From: Mobula hypostoma
Lineage: Eukaryota
NCBI RefSeq assembly: GCF_963921235.1
Contig: NC_086097.1
Span: 46,254,001 to 46,318,000 of the forward strand
Reading direction: 5' to 3'
Length of the DNA: 64,000 nt
The position numbers were made by a program, and so were the translations under genes. The notes beneath the pieces were generated by a model. The model saw nothing but the letters and a program-made list of their open reading frames with translations. It was not told the DNA's origin and did not search any database. Positions 12,936 through 26,527 of the stretch are shown here, in pieces (position 1 is the first letter of the stretch; the number at the start of each line of letters is the position of its first letter).

Positions 12936-14448
12936 TTTTGATTTTCTATTCGCTGCAACTAAAGCAAATTGAAGGAAACTGACACATTTCCAGCAAACTG
13001 AAGAAGGGTCTTTATAAATAAGGGGCGTGTATTCTACAATATGTAAAAACACTACCAACTGCACACAGGTCAAAATACAAAGCATTACAAGTTACTTGAA
13101 GAACTTAAAACTTCCCTGAAACAAAACAGAAATGCTGGAATAACTCAGCCAGTCAGTGGGAAACCAGTCTTCATTTCTGACAAGCAACACTTCCTCAGAA
13201 AGCTTTCACTAGAAAAATTATTTTGTTTTGCCCAGAATGGTACACATATTATCCTGAGTCGTGTTTTACTTCAATTAATATTGTAGAATACATTTTCAGT
13301 GAGATCATCATGTAGTTTGAACATATGGGAGAACAGAAAAGAGTATGGTAGATTCTAGAACTTGCATGACATGTATACCACCTTGGTTTAATGCTTTGCA
13401 TTAAAGCTCAAGTATCAACTATTGTGTGCTAAACACAAGATGTTTACATGATAAACACAAAAATATGGATATCTTATACAAAGCTTCTGCTTTGTTATTC
13501 AGGAATCTGAGATTAGGAATCACAAAGAGGGTGAATTGCAAAATACTGCAGATAAAATATTCTGCTTCTGAGTAAAACAATACATGACAGTGAGAAGCAA
13601 GGGCAAACACTTCATGGCAATTTCCGCAGAGGAAGCACATGGATCTTAAAAATCACTTAATCAATCTGACTCAATCAGTAGTCAACCTAGGCAACTCTTT
13701 CAAATCTCTTTTGGTGAACAGGAGCAGGAAGGAAAAACCTAAGTACTCTTAGACATTCAATTCCCTCTTTTGTTATAGCAGCTGGACATACATAGGAAAC
13801 AAGTCTGAAAGTAAAGAACTCTGTGTCCAGAGGAAGCATCCAGGGGTGTTGTCTATGTAGAAATTGTTAACTCATAGAATTACTGGACAAACTTAATTGT
13901 TTATTAAGATTATTGTTGTACACATTAATGATCAATTTCTTTCATCAAAGCCAAATATGCATTGCTGATGCAATGATTACTAATCATCATGTAATGTTAA
14001 TTTGGTTCCTGTACATGATCATGCTTTGTAAGCTATAGAAATCATAGTTAAAACTTAGATTAATATGACTACGAATTCTTTTTGTATATCATGATTTTTT
14101 TACTCATTGTCAGGATGTGGGTGTTTCTACTAAAACCAGGATTTACTGTCTATCCCAAAATACCCTCCAGAAGATAGTGATCAGCCATCTTTCTCGACTG
14201 TGACAGTCCCTTAATGAAGGCATTCCCATGCAATGTTTAACTCAGTACCAAAAGGCTGTGAAACTGATAAAGACACGGCTGCAGAAGCACTGGACAAGGG
14301 ACTGAATGGCAAATGTTAACTGGGGCATGAAATATATTTGCAGATGACAACCCTAAGTTGGCTTGGTGTCAACAGGAAAGATGCTGGGGGAGGGGGGTTG
14401 GGTAGATTGATGTTATGGATGTAGTTCAAGCTAGAAATGCATTCCCTA

Positions 14449-14770
14449 GATACATAATCCATGATCATTATTGAGGTAATACTGTTAAAAATCAAATCAT
14501 TCAAGTAACTTCAAAACTAAGGTTCAATCTATCTGCTTAAATAGGTGTAAAATATTCAATATTCACATTGCCCAAGAGAAATGAAAAGCATGGGCTGCTT
14601 CTGTTCAGTTTAGGAAGTTCCCATACCACCACTTTAAAAAAAAAATGCAAAAGAGTTCTGAATGGTCTTCCCTTGACATTCAACTCATCACATCCTGTGA
14701 GACATTGTCGTGCACAAATTAGCTGTCATGTCTGGTTATGATACAACAATGACAAAATTCCAAAAAATTC
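14449..14770 (+). repeat. Direct duplicate of 12554-12884
   Basis: Colinear near-identity over ~320 bp with scattered substitutions and small indels. Confidence 0.95.
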
Positions 14771-17710
14771 CAGAAAAAGGTAAAGTTGTTTGCTCCATTA
14801 CGGATAAACAGAGAGTAAGAGGTGGAGAGTTTCTTAAATGCATCTATTTTAATGCTAGGAGCATTGTAAGAAAGGTGGATGAGCTTAGAGCAGGACTGAT
14901 ACCTGGAAATATGATGTTGTAGCTATTAGTGAAACATGGTTGCAAGAGGGGTGTGATTGGCAACTAAATATTCCAGGATTTCGTTGCTTCAGGTGTGATA
15001 GAACAGGAGGGGCAAGAGGGGGAGGTGTTGCATTGCTTGTCAGAGAAAATATAACTGTGGTGCTCTGGCAGGATAGATTAGTGGACTCGTCTAGGGAGGC
15101 TATTTGGGTGGAATTGAGGAATAGGAAAGGTGTAGTGATGCTTATAAGAGTGTATTATAGTTCACCTAATGGGGACCGAGAACTGGAGGAGCAAATTTGT
15201 AAGGAGATAGCAGATATTTGTAGTAAGCACAAGGTTGGGATTGTGGGAGATTTTAATCTTCCACACAGAGACTGGGAAGCCCATTCTGTAAAAGGGTTGG
15301 ATGGTTTGGAGTTTGTCAAATGTCTGCAAGATAGTTTTTTGCAGCAATACATAGAGGTACCAACTAGGGAAGGGGCAGTGTTGCATCTCCTGTTAGGGAA
15401 TGAGGTAGGGCAGGTGATGGAGGTATGTGTTGGGGAGCACTTCGGGTCCAGCGATCACAATACCATTAGTTTCAATATAATTATGGAGAAGGATAGGACT
15501 GGACCCAGGGTTGAGATATTTGATTGGAGAAAGGCTAACTTTGAGGAGATGCGAAAGGATTTAGAAGGAACGGATTGGGACAATTTGTTTTATGGGAAGG
15601 ATGAAATAAGAGAAATGGAGGTCATTTAAAGGTGAAATTCTGAGGGTACAGGATCTTTATGTTCCTGTTAGGTTGAAAGGAAAGGTTAAAAGTTTGAGAG
15701 AGCCTTGGTTTTCAAGGGATATAGGAAACTTGGTTCGGAAAAAGAGAGGGATCTACAATAAATATAGGCAGCTTGGAGTTAAATGAGGTGCTCAAGGAAT
15801 ATAAAGAATGTAAAAAGAATCTTAAGAAAGAAATTAGAAAAGCTAAAAGATATGAGGCTGCTTTGGCAAGTAAGATGAAAATAGATCCTAAGGGTTTCTA
15901 CAGTTATAATAATAACAAGAGAATACTGAAGGATAAAATTGGTCCCTTAGAGAATCAGAGTGGATGGCTATGTGCGGAGCCAAAAAAGATGGGGGAGATT
16001 TTGAACAATTTCTTTTCTTCGGTATTCACTAAGGAAAAGGATATTGAATTGTGTAAGGTAAAGGAAACAAGAAGGGTAGTTATGGAAAGTATGACGATTA
16101 AAGAAGAGGAAGTACTGGCACTTTTAAGGAATATAAAAGTGTGTAAGTCTCCGGGTCCGGACAAGATATTCCCTAGGACCTTGAGGGAAGTTAGTGTGGT
16201 AATAGCAGGGGCTCTAACAGAAATATTTCAAATGTTACTAGAAACGGGGATGGTGCCGGAGATTGGCCTATTGCTCATGTTGTTCCATTGTTTAAAAAGG
16301 GTTCTAAGAGTAAACCTAGCAATTATCAGCCTGTGAGTCTGACGTCAGTGGTGGGTAAATTGATGGAAAATATTCTTAGAGACGGTATATATAATTATCT
16401 GGATAGACAGGGTCTGATTAGGAACAGTCAACATGGATTTGTGCATGGAAGGTCATGTTTGACAAATCTTACTGAATTTTTTGAAGTGGTTACTAGGAAA
16501 GTTGACGAGGGTAAAGCGGTGGATGTTGTCTATATGGACTTCAGTAAGGCCTTTGACAAGGTTCCACATGGAAGGTTAGTTAGGAAGGTTCAATCATTAG
16601 GTATTAATATCAAAGTAGTAAAATGGATTCAGCAGTGGCTGGATGGGAGACGTCAGAGAGTTGTGGTGGATAACTGTGTGTCAGATTGGAGGACTGTGTG
16701 TAGCGGTGTGCCTCAGGGATCTGTACTGGCTCCAATGTTGTTTGTCATATATATTAATGATCTGGATAATGGAGTGGTAAATTGGATTAGTACGTATGCA
16801 GATGAAACTAAGAAAGGTAGCGTTGTGGATAATGAAGTAGGTTTTCAAAGCTTGCAGAGAGATTTAGGCCAGTTAGAAGAGTGGGCTGAAAGATGGCAGA
16901 TGGAGTTTAATGCTGAAATATGTGAGGAGTTACATTTTGGTAGAACTAATCAAAATAGGACATACATGGTAACTGGTAGGGCATTGAAGAATGCAGTAGA
17001 ACAGAGGGATCCAGGAATAATGGTGCATAGTTCCCTGAAGGTGGAATCTCATGTGGATAGAGTGGTGAAGAAAGCTTTTGGTATGCTGGCCTTTATAAAT
17101 CAGAGCATTGAGTATAGGAGTTGGGATGTAATGTTGAAATTGTATGAGGCATTGGTAAGGCCAAATTTGGAGTATTGTGTACAGTTCTGGTCACCGAATT
17201 ATAGGAAAGATGTCAATAAAATTGAGAGAGTACAGAGGAGATTTACTAAAATGTTGCCTGGGTTTCATCTCCTAAGTTACAGAGGTTGAACAAGTTAGGT
17301 CTTTATTCTTTGGAGTGTAGAAGGTTGAGGGGGGACTTAATAAAGGTGTTTAAAATTATGAGGGGGATAGATAGAGTTGACGTGGATAGGCTTTTTCCAT
17401 TGAGAATGGGGGAGATTCAAACAAGAGGACATGAGTTGAGAGTTAAAGAGCAAAAGTTTAGGGGTAAAATGAGGGGGAATTTCTTTACTCAGAGAGTGGT
17501 AGCTGTGTGGAACGAGCTTCCAGCAGGAGTGGTTGAGGCAGATTCGATGTTGTCGTTTAAAGTTAAATTGGATAGATATATGGCAGGAAAGGAATGGAGG
17601 GTTATGGGCTGAGTGCAGGTCAGTGGGACTAGGTGAGAGTAAGAGTTCGGCATGGACTAGAAGGGCCGAGATGGCCTGTTTCCATGCTGCAATTGTTCTA
17701 TGATTATATA
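14771..17710 (+). mobile_element. Young CR1 LINE with near-complete, frameshifted ORF2 (APE endonuclease + RT)
   Basis: 'CIYFNARSI', 'VGDFN', 'SSDHN', 'DFSKAFDKVPH', 'GVPQGSVL', 'YADET' in ORFs 14940..15629, 15773..16336, 16288..17289, 17286..17612. Confidence 0.95.
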
Positions 17711-17829
17711 GATGTTGGTTTCAAATGTGCCTATTTGGCAGTGGCATTTTTCCCTCCACCCTCCGCACTTGGAGTAAATGTTTTAAGTACCTTTGTCAAG
17801 TTTGGCTCCGTGACATTTTTCTAGTGATC

Positions 17830-18421
17830 ACAAGACCCTGTTGGATATTGGTAATGTACAATATTGCAAGTCCAGATCACTGGTTCATAGGTGAGACCCA
17901 CAGCAGGGGAGCTTCGTGGCCTCAGTTGTTGCGTGGGCCAAGCCCTTGTGCTGGGGGGGTGGTGGGGAGGGCACCTGTTGCAGTCATCTGGGGAAGGAGA
18001 TGCCACAGGCAATGTGGGAGAGAGCAGAGGTACTGCTGGATTCCGTGCTGGGTTGGTGGGGGTGGGGGTGGGGGTGGCTGGCCATTCCCACTGGTGCTGC
18101 TCTCCAGTGCCTTCTCAGTCGAAGACAAGCTGGATTGTATTCATCTATGGCTACACTAGCACATGACAAGGACTGACTGTGGGCTTGTTCTTGCAGATAC
18201 CTGGCTCCGGGACAACATCTATGCACCATCAATCTACTGGCCTTGACACACAGGGACTTGGGCTATATTGTTTTGTGACCATGTTTTCTGCTATCATAAT
18301 TATATGTGCTATATGTGCTGTGTGCTGTGTCTGACTGTTAGTACTGTGTTTTGCATCTTAGCTCTAGGGAAATGCTGCTTCTTACTTTGTATGGTTGAAT
18401 GACAATTAAAATTGAACTTGC
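17830..18421 (+). mobile_element. Unclassified non-LTR retroposon 3' region; related copy on - at ~38095-38720
   Basis: Shared terminus tatggttgaatgacaattaaa(a)ttgaactt. Confidence 0.55.
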
Positions 18422-18924
18422 ATTTATGTTGGTAATGAAGAAAGCAGGCATGACTTTGCCTGGGGCCTTGGTGTCTGTTTCAAGTTAACCTCAATGCCAT
18501 GTTCAGGCAGTGGCATCTACACACAGCATGAAGAGAGAAAGTAGCCCAGGATCAGGGAGTACTTTCCAAGCTTGGCTTGGTACCCTGATCTGATGGTAAC
18601 ATGTCCTGTGTACATTGCACAAAGGACTTCACATAATCTGAGTATGAAAATTAAATCTGTTGGAAATCATTCCAAGTACTTAGACCCAGATTGGATTTAG
18701 AGAGTCCATGAGCAAGTCAGGTTTATATTGGGATTTTATTTTTACATTCAAGTGGACCTTTACAAACATCTGAACAAGCAGACCACATTAAAGAGATTGC
18801 CTCCTTAGGCAGTACATACACTCAGGATAGAAATCTTGTTCTGGCATGTATAATTACAAAACAAGTCTAATATCTATGAGCAAATTAAAGATCATAGGCA
18901 TAAATACATACATCAGTAAACAAA

Positions 18925-19200
18925 TGACAGCACATCTGCATTCTATCATGCCCTCAGAAGATCCCAAGCAATTTTCCAGTCAGTCAATTAATTCTGAAGA
19001 TTGGCCACTGTTATGTTGGCAAATGCAGCAATCTGTGATATTCAGAAAACCGATAATCAATAAATGGGAGGTGTACAGCTTAGTGCACCTAGGGAACAGT
19101 GTGTTTTCTTCAATAAGTGCTGCTATTATTTAGATCTTGATTTAATATCTCATCTGAAAGACAATATTTTCAACAGGGCAGTTCTGTTCTGAATTATTTT
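18925..19200 (-). mobile_element. Ancient Deu-domain-like SINE remnant
   Basis: 'cccaagc...cagtcaatt...gaag...cactgttatgt...gcagcaat' and 'catctgaaagac' resemble the reverse complement of the 12510 element type. Confidence 0.45.
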
Positions 19201-19709
19201 AAAATTACTCATCAAAAGCTATATGCTGAAGAATGTGAAAAATTAAAAAAAGACTAAGGAGTTAAAAAGGAAGTTAGTGAGACCAACAGTAATAGTGAAC
19301 AAGGTCTGGTGCAGGGATGGATATGATTGCTGACAGCTCCATGCAGTGATAATATTAAATAACATTGACTTAATTTTTACAGGTTTTCCCAAATTAGTAC
19401 AGTTTAAAAATCAACCCACTAGATTCACTTTTGCTGATGTGATAAATGCAAATGCTGGAAATCTGAAACAAAACCAGAAAATGCTGAAAGCATTCAATAG
19501 GTCATGCAGCACTGGAAAGATAAACAAAATATACATTTTGGATGAATGAAATGCAACAATGAGAAACCAATGCTTTAAGCTGCATGAAGAAGTGTGGAAA
19601 AGTATTGTCTGTGATAAAGTGAAGACCATGGTTGACTGGCAACTCAATTACTTAGAGTCAGAGGTTACACAGAGAAGCAAGGAACAAAGGAACATGTCTA
19701 GAAATTTGA

Positions 19710-19905
19710 AGTAGAATTCTGCAAATACCCAGCACACCAGGCAGCATCTGTTACAGGTTGATGACTGTACATAAGAACTTGCCAGTTTTGATGAAGGGTT
19801 GCAGACTCAAAATATAACTGCTTCTCTTTCAACAGATGTTGCCTGACCTGTTGAACATTTCCAGCATTTTTTCATTTTGTTTTACATTTCCAGCATCAAC
19901 AGTTT
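19710..19905. mobile_element. Old fold-back Penelope-like terminus
   Basis: caggcagcatctg / cagatgttgcctg arms, decayed hammerhead ttgatgaaggg...caaaa, tail tttccagcatc. Confidence 0.6.
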
Positions 19906-19917
19906 TATTATACTTTA

Positions 19918-21985
19918 TAGTCGTAAAACAATTGGTACTAGAACGTACAATCATCACAGCGATATTTGATTCTGCGCTTCACACTCCCTGGATTACAAAT
20001 ATGAAATATTAAAAATATTAAAAATAGTTAAAATTAGTAAGTATTAAAAATTGAAATCATAAATAGAAAATAGAAAAATGGGAAGTAAGGTAGTGCAAAA
20101 AAACCAAGAGGCAGGTCCTGATATTTGGAGGGTACGGCCCAGATCCGGGTCAGGATCCGTTCAGTAGTCTTATCACAGTTGGAAAGAAGCTGTTTCCAAA
20201 TCTGGCCATACAAGTCTTCAAGCTCCTGAGTCCTGAGCCTTCTCCCGAAGGGAAGAGGGATGAGAAGTGTGTTGGCTGGGTGGGTCATGCCCTTGATTAT
20301 CCTGGCAGCACTGCTCCGACAGCGTGCGGTGTAAAGTGAGTCCACGGACGGAAGATTAGTTTGTGTGATGTGCTGTGCCCTGTTCACGATCTTCTGCAGC
20401 TTCTTCCGGTCTTGGACAGGACAACTTCCATACCAGGTTGTGATGCACCCTAGAAGAATGCTTTCTATGGTGCATCTATAAAAATTAGTGAGGGTTTTAG
20501 GGGACAGGCCAAATTTCTTTAGTTTTCTCAGGAAGTAAAGGCGCTGGTGGGCCTTCCTGGCAGTGAACTCTGCTTGGTTGGACCAAGTCAGGTCATTTGT
20601 GATATTGACCCCGAGGAGCTTAAAGCTTTTGACCTGTTCCACTTGCACACCACCGATGTAAATTGGGTCGTACAGTCCACTACTCCTTCTGAAGTCAACA
20701 ACCAATTCCTTCGTCTTGCTGACCTTCAGGGATAGGTTATTGTCTTCGCACCATGCCACCAGGTTCTTAATTTCCTCTCTGTACTCAAACTCATCATTAC
20801 CTGAGATACGGCCTACAATTGTTGTGTCATCAGCAAACCTATATATTGAGTTTGATGGAAATTTGGCTACACAATCATGGGTGTACAGTGAGTACAGCAG
20901 GGGGCTGAGTACACAGCCTTGTGGGGCACCGGTGCTCAGAGTGATTGTAGAGGAGAGCTTGTCCCCTATTTTTACAGCCTGGGTCCTGTCTGTGAGGAAA
21001 TTGAAGATCCAGCTGCAGATCTGAGTGCTAAGGCCCAGGTTCCAGAGCTTAGGAATCAGTTTATTTGGAATGATGGTATTAAAGGCAGAGCTGTAGTCAA
21101 TGAAAAGGAGCCTTACGTATGCGTCTTTATTCTCCAGGTGTTCTAAGGAGGAATATAGGGCCAGGGAGATGGCATCTGTTGTTGACCTGTTGCTCCGGTA
21201 GGCGAATTGCAAAGCGTTGAGGTTGACCGGTAGGCTGTGGTTGATGTGTGTCGTAACCAATCTCTCGAAGCACTTCATAGCAATTGATGTCAGAGCCACA
21301 GGTCGATAGTCATTCAGGCATGCCACCTTGCTCTTCTTCGGCACTGGGATTATCTTTGCCTTCTTAAAACATGAGGGGATCTTCGACTGAAGCAAGGAGC
21401 AGTTGAAGATGTCAGCAAACACTCCAGCTAGCTCGCTTGCACAGGCCCAGAGAACCCATCCTGGGACGCCATCTGGGCCCGTCGCCTTCCTTGGATTTAT
21501 CTTCAGGAAGGCCCTTCTAACGTCCTCCTTGGTGACAGTGAATCTTGATGCCACCAGGTCTGGTTCATCCGGAGGGAGCGTGACTATCCTCTTTTGTTCG
21601 AATCTTGCGTAGAATACGTTAAGTTCGTCAGGAAGAGAAGCACCACTGTTATTAATATTCCTGGCCTTTTCTTTGCGCCCAGTGATCTCATTTAGACCTT
21701 GCCATAGTCTACTGGCATCCCTTTGGTTAGCCTGGGCTTCCAACTTGGCTCGATATTGCCTCTTGGCACCCTTAATGGCTTTCTGGAGTTCACGCCTGGA
21801 TTCCGTGTAGCGACTGGTATCCCCGGACCTAAAAGCCGCAGCTCTAGCCTTTAAAAGGGACTTGGTCTCATAACTCATCCAAGGTTTCCGGTTAGGGAAT
21901 ACCCGGATCGTCTCGTGAGACACACAGTCCTCCGTGCATTTCCAAATAAAGTCCGTGACAGCTGAGGCATACTCATCAAGGTTAA
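19918..21985 (-). mobile_element. Rex1/Babar-clade LINE, 5'-truncated, with a 629-aa open RT frame
   Basis: ORF 20034..21923: 'NDYRPVALTS', 'FIDYSSAFNT', 'GAPQGCVLSPLLYSLYTHDC', 'FADDTT'. Confidence 0.9.
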
Positions 21986-22565
21986 TTTTCAGAATAGACT
22001 AGTTATATGAAGCTGTTGAATTGAGTCCAAACAGTTACAATGTGCCCAGACAGAAGGGGAGTTGTTGTTCCTTAAATAAGGCATCTTTGGAGCGGTGTGG
22101 ATGGAGAAAGTCAGAAGAGGTCAAAGTGGGAGTCTGAGGGAGAATAAAAATGACAGAAAACTAGTACTTCAGGGTCACCTTAATGGTCTGAATAGAGGAA
22201 TACTTCAAAGAAGTCCATGGACGAACATGGAGGAGACACATTGTGAACACTGAACAGAACACTAAATTGAATTGCTATGAATTGCTGCTTCATTTGGAAT
22301 GAGTGTTGAGTCTCTGGGTAGTGGTAAGGAAGTGGTAATGATGCATTACTTACAGTTGCAAATTGTCATGAGAAGGGGATTGGTTGGTGGAGATGGAAGA
22401 CTGAACTATAAAGTCACAGAGGGATCATGCCCTTACTAATACTGATAGAGGAGGGGAGACATAGTAATCTCATCAGTGGAAATCTCATTGAAAGGCGTAG
22501 AAAGTATTGTTTTTAAAATATTCATTTAATGCAACAATAACAATGTAGAACCAGTTTAATCTGCC

Positions 22566-23293
22566 TAGTGGTAGACCTGAGGAGAGCTAAGGTACCAGTG
22601 ACCCCTGTTTCTATCCAGGGGGTCAGTGTGGACATGGTGGAGGATTACAAATACCTGGGGATACGAATTGACAATAAACTGGACTGGTCTAAGAACACTG
22701 AGGCTGTCTACAAGAAGGGTCAGAGCCGTCTCTATTTCCTGAGGAGACTGAGGTCCTTTAACATCTGCCGGATGATGCTGAGGATGTTCTATGAGTCTGT
22801 GGTGGCCAGTGCTATCATGTTTGCTGTTGTGTGCTGGGGCAGCAGGCTGAGGGTAGCAGACACCAACAGAATCAACAAACTCATTCGTAAGGCCAGCGAT
22901 GTTGTAGGGATGGAACTGGACTCTCTCACGATGGTGTCTGAAAAGAGGATGCTGTCTAAGTTGCATGCCATCTTGGTCAATGTCTCCCATCCACTACATA
23001 AAGTACTGGGTGGCCACAGGAGTACATTCAGCCAGAGGCTCATTTCTCCGAGATGCAGCACAGAGTGTCATAGGAAGTCATTCCTGCCTGTGGCCATCAA
23101 ACTTTACAACTCCTCCATTGGAGGGTCAGACACCCTGAGCCGATAGGCTGGTTCTGGACTTATTTCATAATTTACTGGCATAATTTACATATTATTATTT
23201 AACTATTGATGGTTCTATTACTATTTATTATTTATGGTGCAACCGTAACGAAAACCAATTTCCCCCGTGATCAATAAAGTATGACTATGACTA
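22566..23293 (+). mobile_element. Young Rex1-like LINE 3' fragment; same family at 47061-47366 and ~62055-62933
   Basis: ORF 22568..23146 is nearly identical to 62211..62789; tail aataaagtatgactatgacta. Confidence 0.85.
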
Positions 23294-23412
23294 TTTTCAG
23301 TCAGTACTGAACATAAAAGACTTTGCAAATTTCATTCCATTTATAGTCATGCAATCATAAAGACACACAGCAAAGAAACAGGTTCTTGATGATAATCAAT
23401 ATCTATTTATAC

Positions 23413-23493
23413 CAGGGGTTCCCAACCATCTTTATGCCACTGGACCCCTACCATTAACTGAGGGGTCTATGGACCCCAAGTTGGGATCCCCTG
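23413..23493. mobile_element. 81-bp hAT MITE inside an old CR1 (-) 3' fragment
   Basis: TIRs caggggttcccaac / gttgggatcccctg; perfect 8-bp TSD atttatac at 23405-23412 and 23494-23501. Confidence 0.9.
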
Positions 23494-24790
23494 ATTTATA
23501 CCAACTCTTAACCAATACTTTGTTTAGAACATTTCTAGGTGATTCAACTGTTAATTCACGTTTCTTAAATGTTGCAAGAATATCTGCTTCCATCACCTTC
23601 TCAGGCAGTGCATTCCGGTTTGCAACTATCCTCAGGTTAAAAAAAAATCTTCCTCAAATCTCCTCTAAACATCTTAATTTTTGACTTTAATCTACACCCT
23701 CTAATCTTAAAACACCTCTGTCCTGCTTGAAAGTTCTTTTTAAACTATCTACCTTATCTATGTCTCTCATAATTTTGTCCATTTCTATTAAGTTTGCCCC
23801 AAAACCTGCTCTGCTCCAAGTAAAACCAAGACCTGTCCAATCTTCCCTTCCATCTCAGACAGGATGCTAGTGAATTTCTGCATCCTTTCCAGTGCAACCT
23901 TCTTCTATTGCAAGTAATATCTCACTAAAAGGGGTCCTATAAAGGTTTCACATAGCTAGCAGATGCACAGTTAGCTAGCCAGATTCAACTTAGCAGCTGA
24001 TAGACTATCTAACCCATTAAATGAAAACTAAAAAGCAGCAGCAGACAGTACTAGCACTATAGCAGTTTCTACTGAAAGGCCAAATCCAGTTATTCAGCCT
24101 GAAACTTGCATTAACTCTGATACACAACACCCGCCCTCCCCCCACTTTTCTGATCATTCCCTATCTTGGCTCATGTGTTCTCAAATCCGTTGTGACACTT
24201 TATTCAAGTCATTAAGATATTTACATAATTTAAACTCACTAATATACCATGGTCCAGAACCAAAAAAAAACACACTAAAAGTTTACATAAGCAAAAACTA
24301 TGCAGACAACATTTCTCACAAGCTTGCTTGGATGTAAAAATCACAGAAGGTATTTCAGGAAACCACACTCTGTCACCATTTCCTTTCACTGAAAATACTG
24401 TTCTCCTGACAATATCCTGCATGCAGTCATACTATGGTGTGTGTAAAACCACAGCTATTTCAACGCAAATGCTAAGGTCTGTGTAACCACTGGAAAACTT
24501 GCAAGAATGAAGCAAATACCAATGCTTAAATTTTGTTGGTGCAAGGAATTAGAAACAGTAAATTGGCAGGAGATTTATTTAGACTCTGAACTATATTTAT
24601 GTGGCTTGTCCAGTAAAGTTTTTAGTCAAACCCTAGGAGGTCCCTTAAGGTTGTTATAGCTGGGCAGAAGGATCTTAAAACCAGTCACTTCAGGCAGATG
24701 GGCCTGTCAGCCATGGTTGGCAGCTCATCTAGGAGAATGGAAACTCTTGCTAATCCCACTTAGAGCAAGGTTTTGGGAGTAAACCCTAAG

Positions 24791-26527
24791 GCTTTGTGCG
24801 GAACCAAAGGAAATGGGGGAGATCTTAAATGGGTTTTTTGCATCTGTATTTACTAAGGAAGCTGGCATGAAATTATGGAATTGAGGGAATCAAGTAGTGA
24901 GACCATGGCAACTGTACAGATTGAAAAGGAGGAGGTGCTTGCTGTCTTGAGGAAAATTAAAGTGGATAAATCCCCGGGACCTGACGGTGTTCCCTCAGAC
25001 CTTGAAGGAGACTAGTGTTGAAATTGCGAGGGGCCCTGGCAGAAATATTTAAAATGTCACTGTCTACGGGTAAAGTGCCGGAGGATTGGAGAGTGGCTCA
25101 TGTTGTTCCGTTGTTTAAAAAAGGATCGAAAAGTAATCTGGGAAATTATAGGCCGGAGAGTTTAACGTCAGTAGTAGGTAAATTATTGGAGGGAGTACTA
25201 AGAGACAGAATCTACAAGCATTTGAATAGACAGGGGCTTATTAGGGAGAGTCAACATGGCTTTATGCGTGGTAGGTCATGTTTGACCAATCTGTTGGAGT
25301 TTTACGAGGAGGTTACCAGGAAAGTGGATGAAGGGAAGGCAGTGGATATTGTCTACATGGACTTCAGTAAGGCCTTTGACAAGGTCCCGCATGGGAGGTT
25401 AGTTAGGAAAATTCAGTCGCTAGGTATACATGGAGAGGTGGTAAATTGGATTGGACATTGGCTCGATGGAAGAAGCCAGAGAGTGGTGGTAGAAAATTGC
25501 TTCTCTGAGTGGAGGCCTGTGACTAGTGGTGTGCCACAGGGATCAGTGCTGGGTCCATTGTTATTTGTCATCTATATCAGTGATCTGGATGATAATGTGG
25601 TAAATTGGATCAGCAAGTTTGCTGCTGATACAAAGATTGGAGGTGTAGTAGACAGTGAGGAAGGTTTTCAGAGCCTGCAGAGAGACTTGGACCAGCTGGA
25701 AAAATGGGCTGAAAAATGGCAGATGGAGTTTAATACTGACAAGTGTGAGGTATTGCGCGTTGGAAGGACAAACCAACGTAGAACATACAGGGTTAATGGT
25801 AAGGCACTGAGGAGTGCAGTGGAACAGAGGGATCTGGGAATACAGATACAAAATTCCCTAAAAATGTCGTCACAGGTAGATAGGGTCGTAAAGAGAGTTT
25901 TTGGTACATTGGCCTTTATTAATCAAAGTATTGAGTATAAGAGCTGGAATGTTATGATGAGGTTGTATAAGGCATTGGTGAGGCCGAATCTGGAGTATTG
26001 TGTTCAGTTTTGGTCACCAAATTACAGGAAGGATATAAATAAGGTTGAAAGAGTGCAGAGAAGGTTTACAAGGATGTTGAGAAACTCAGTTACAGAGAAA
26101 GGTTGAATAGGTTAGGACTTTATTCCCTGGAGCGTAGAAGAATGAGGGGAGATTTGATAGAGGTATATAAAATTATGATGGGTATAGATAGAGTGAATGC
26201 AAGCAGGCTTTTTCCACTGAGGCAAGGGGAGAAAAAAAACCAGAGAACATGGGTTAAGGGTGAGGGGGGAAAAGTTTAAAGGGAACATTAGGGGGGGCTT
26301 CTTCACACAGAGAGTGGTGGGAGTATGGAATGAGCTGCCAGACGAGGTGGTAAATGCGGGTTCTTTTTTAACATTTAAGAATAAATTGGACAGATACATA
26401 GATGGGAGGTGTATGGAGGGATATGGTCCGTGTGCAGGTCAGTGGGACTAGGCAGAAAATGGTTTGGCACAGCCAAGGGCCAAAGGGCCTGTTTCTGCGC
26501 TGTAGTTTCTATGGTTCTATGGTTCTA
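24791..26527 (+). mobile_element. Young 5'-truncated CR1 LINE
   Basis: RT ORF 25015..26106; tail ttctatggttctatggttcta; splits an unclassified repeat (~24660-24790 / 26528-26700). Confidence 0.95.

Noticed and set aside
20034..21923. 629-aa ORF as a host gene or active retrotransposon
   Set aside because: It is a 5'-truncated Rex1/Babar RT lacking the endonuclease, and its C-terminus is frameshifted at a short tcctgag duplication near 20225.
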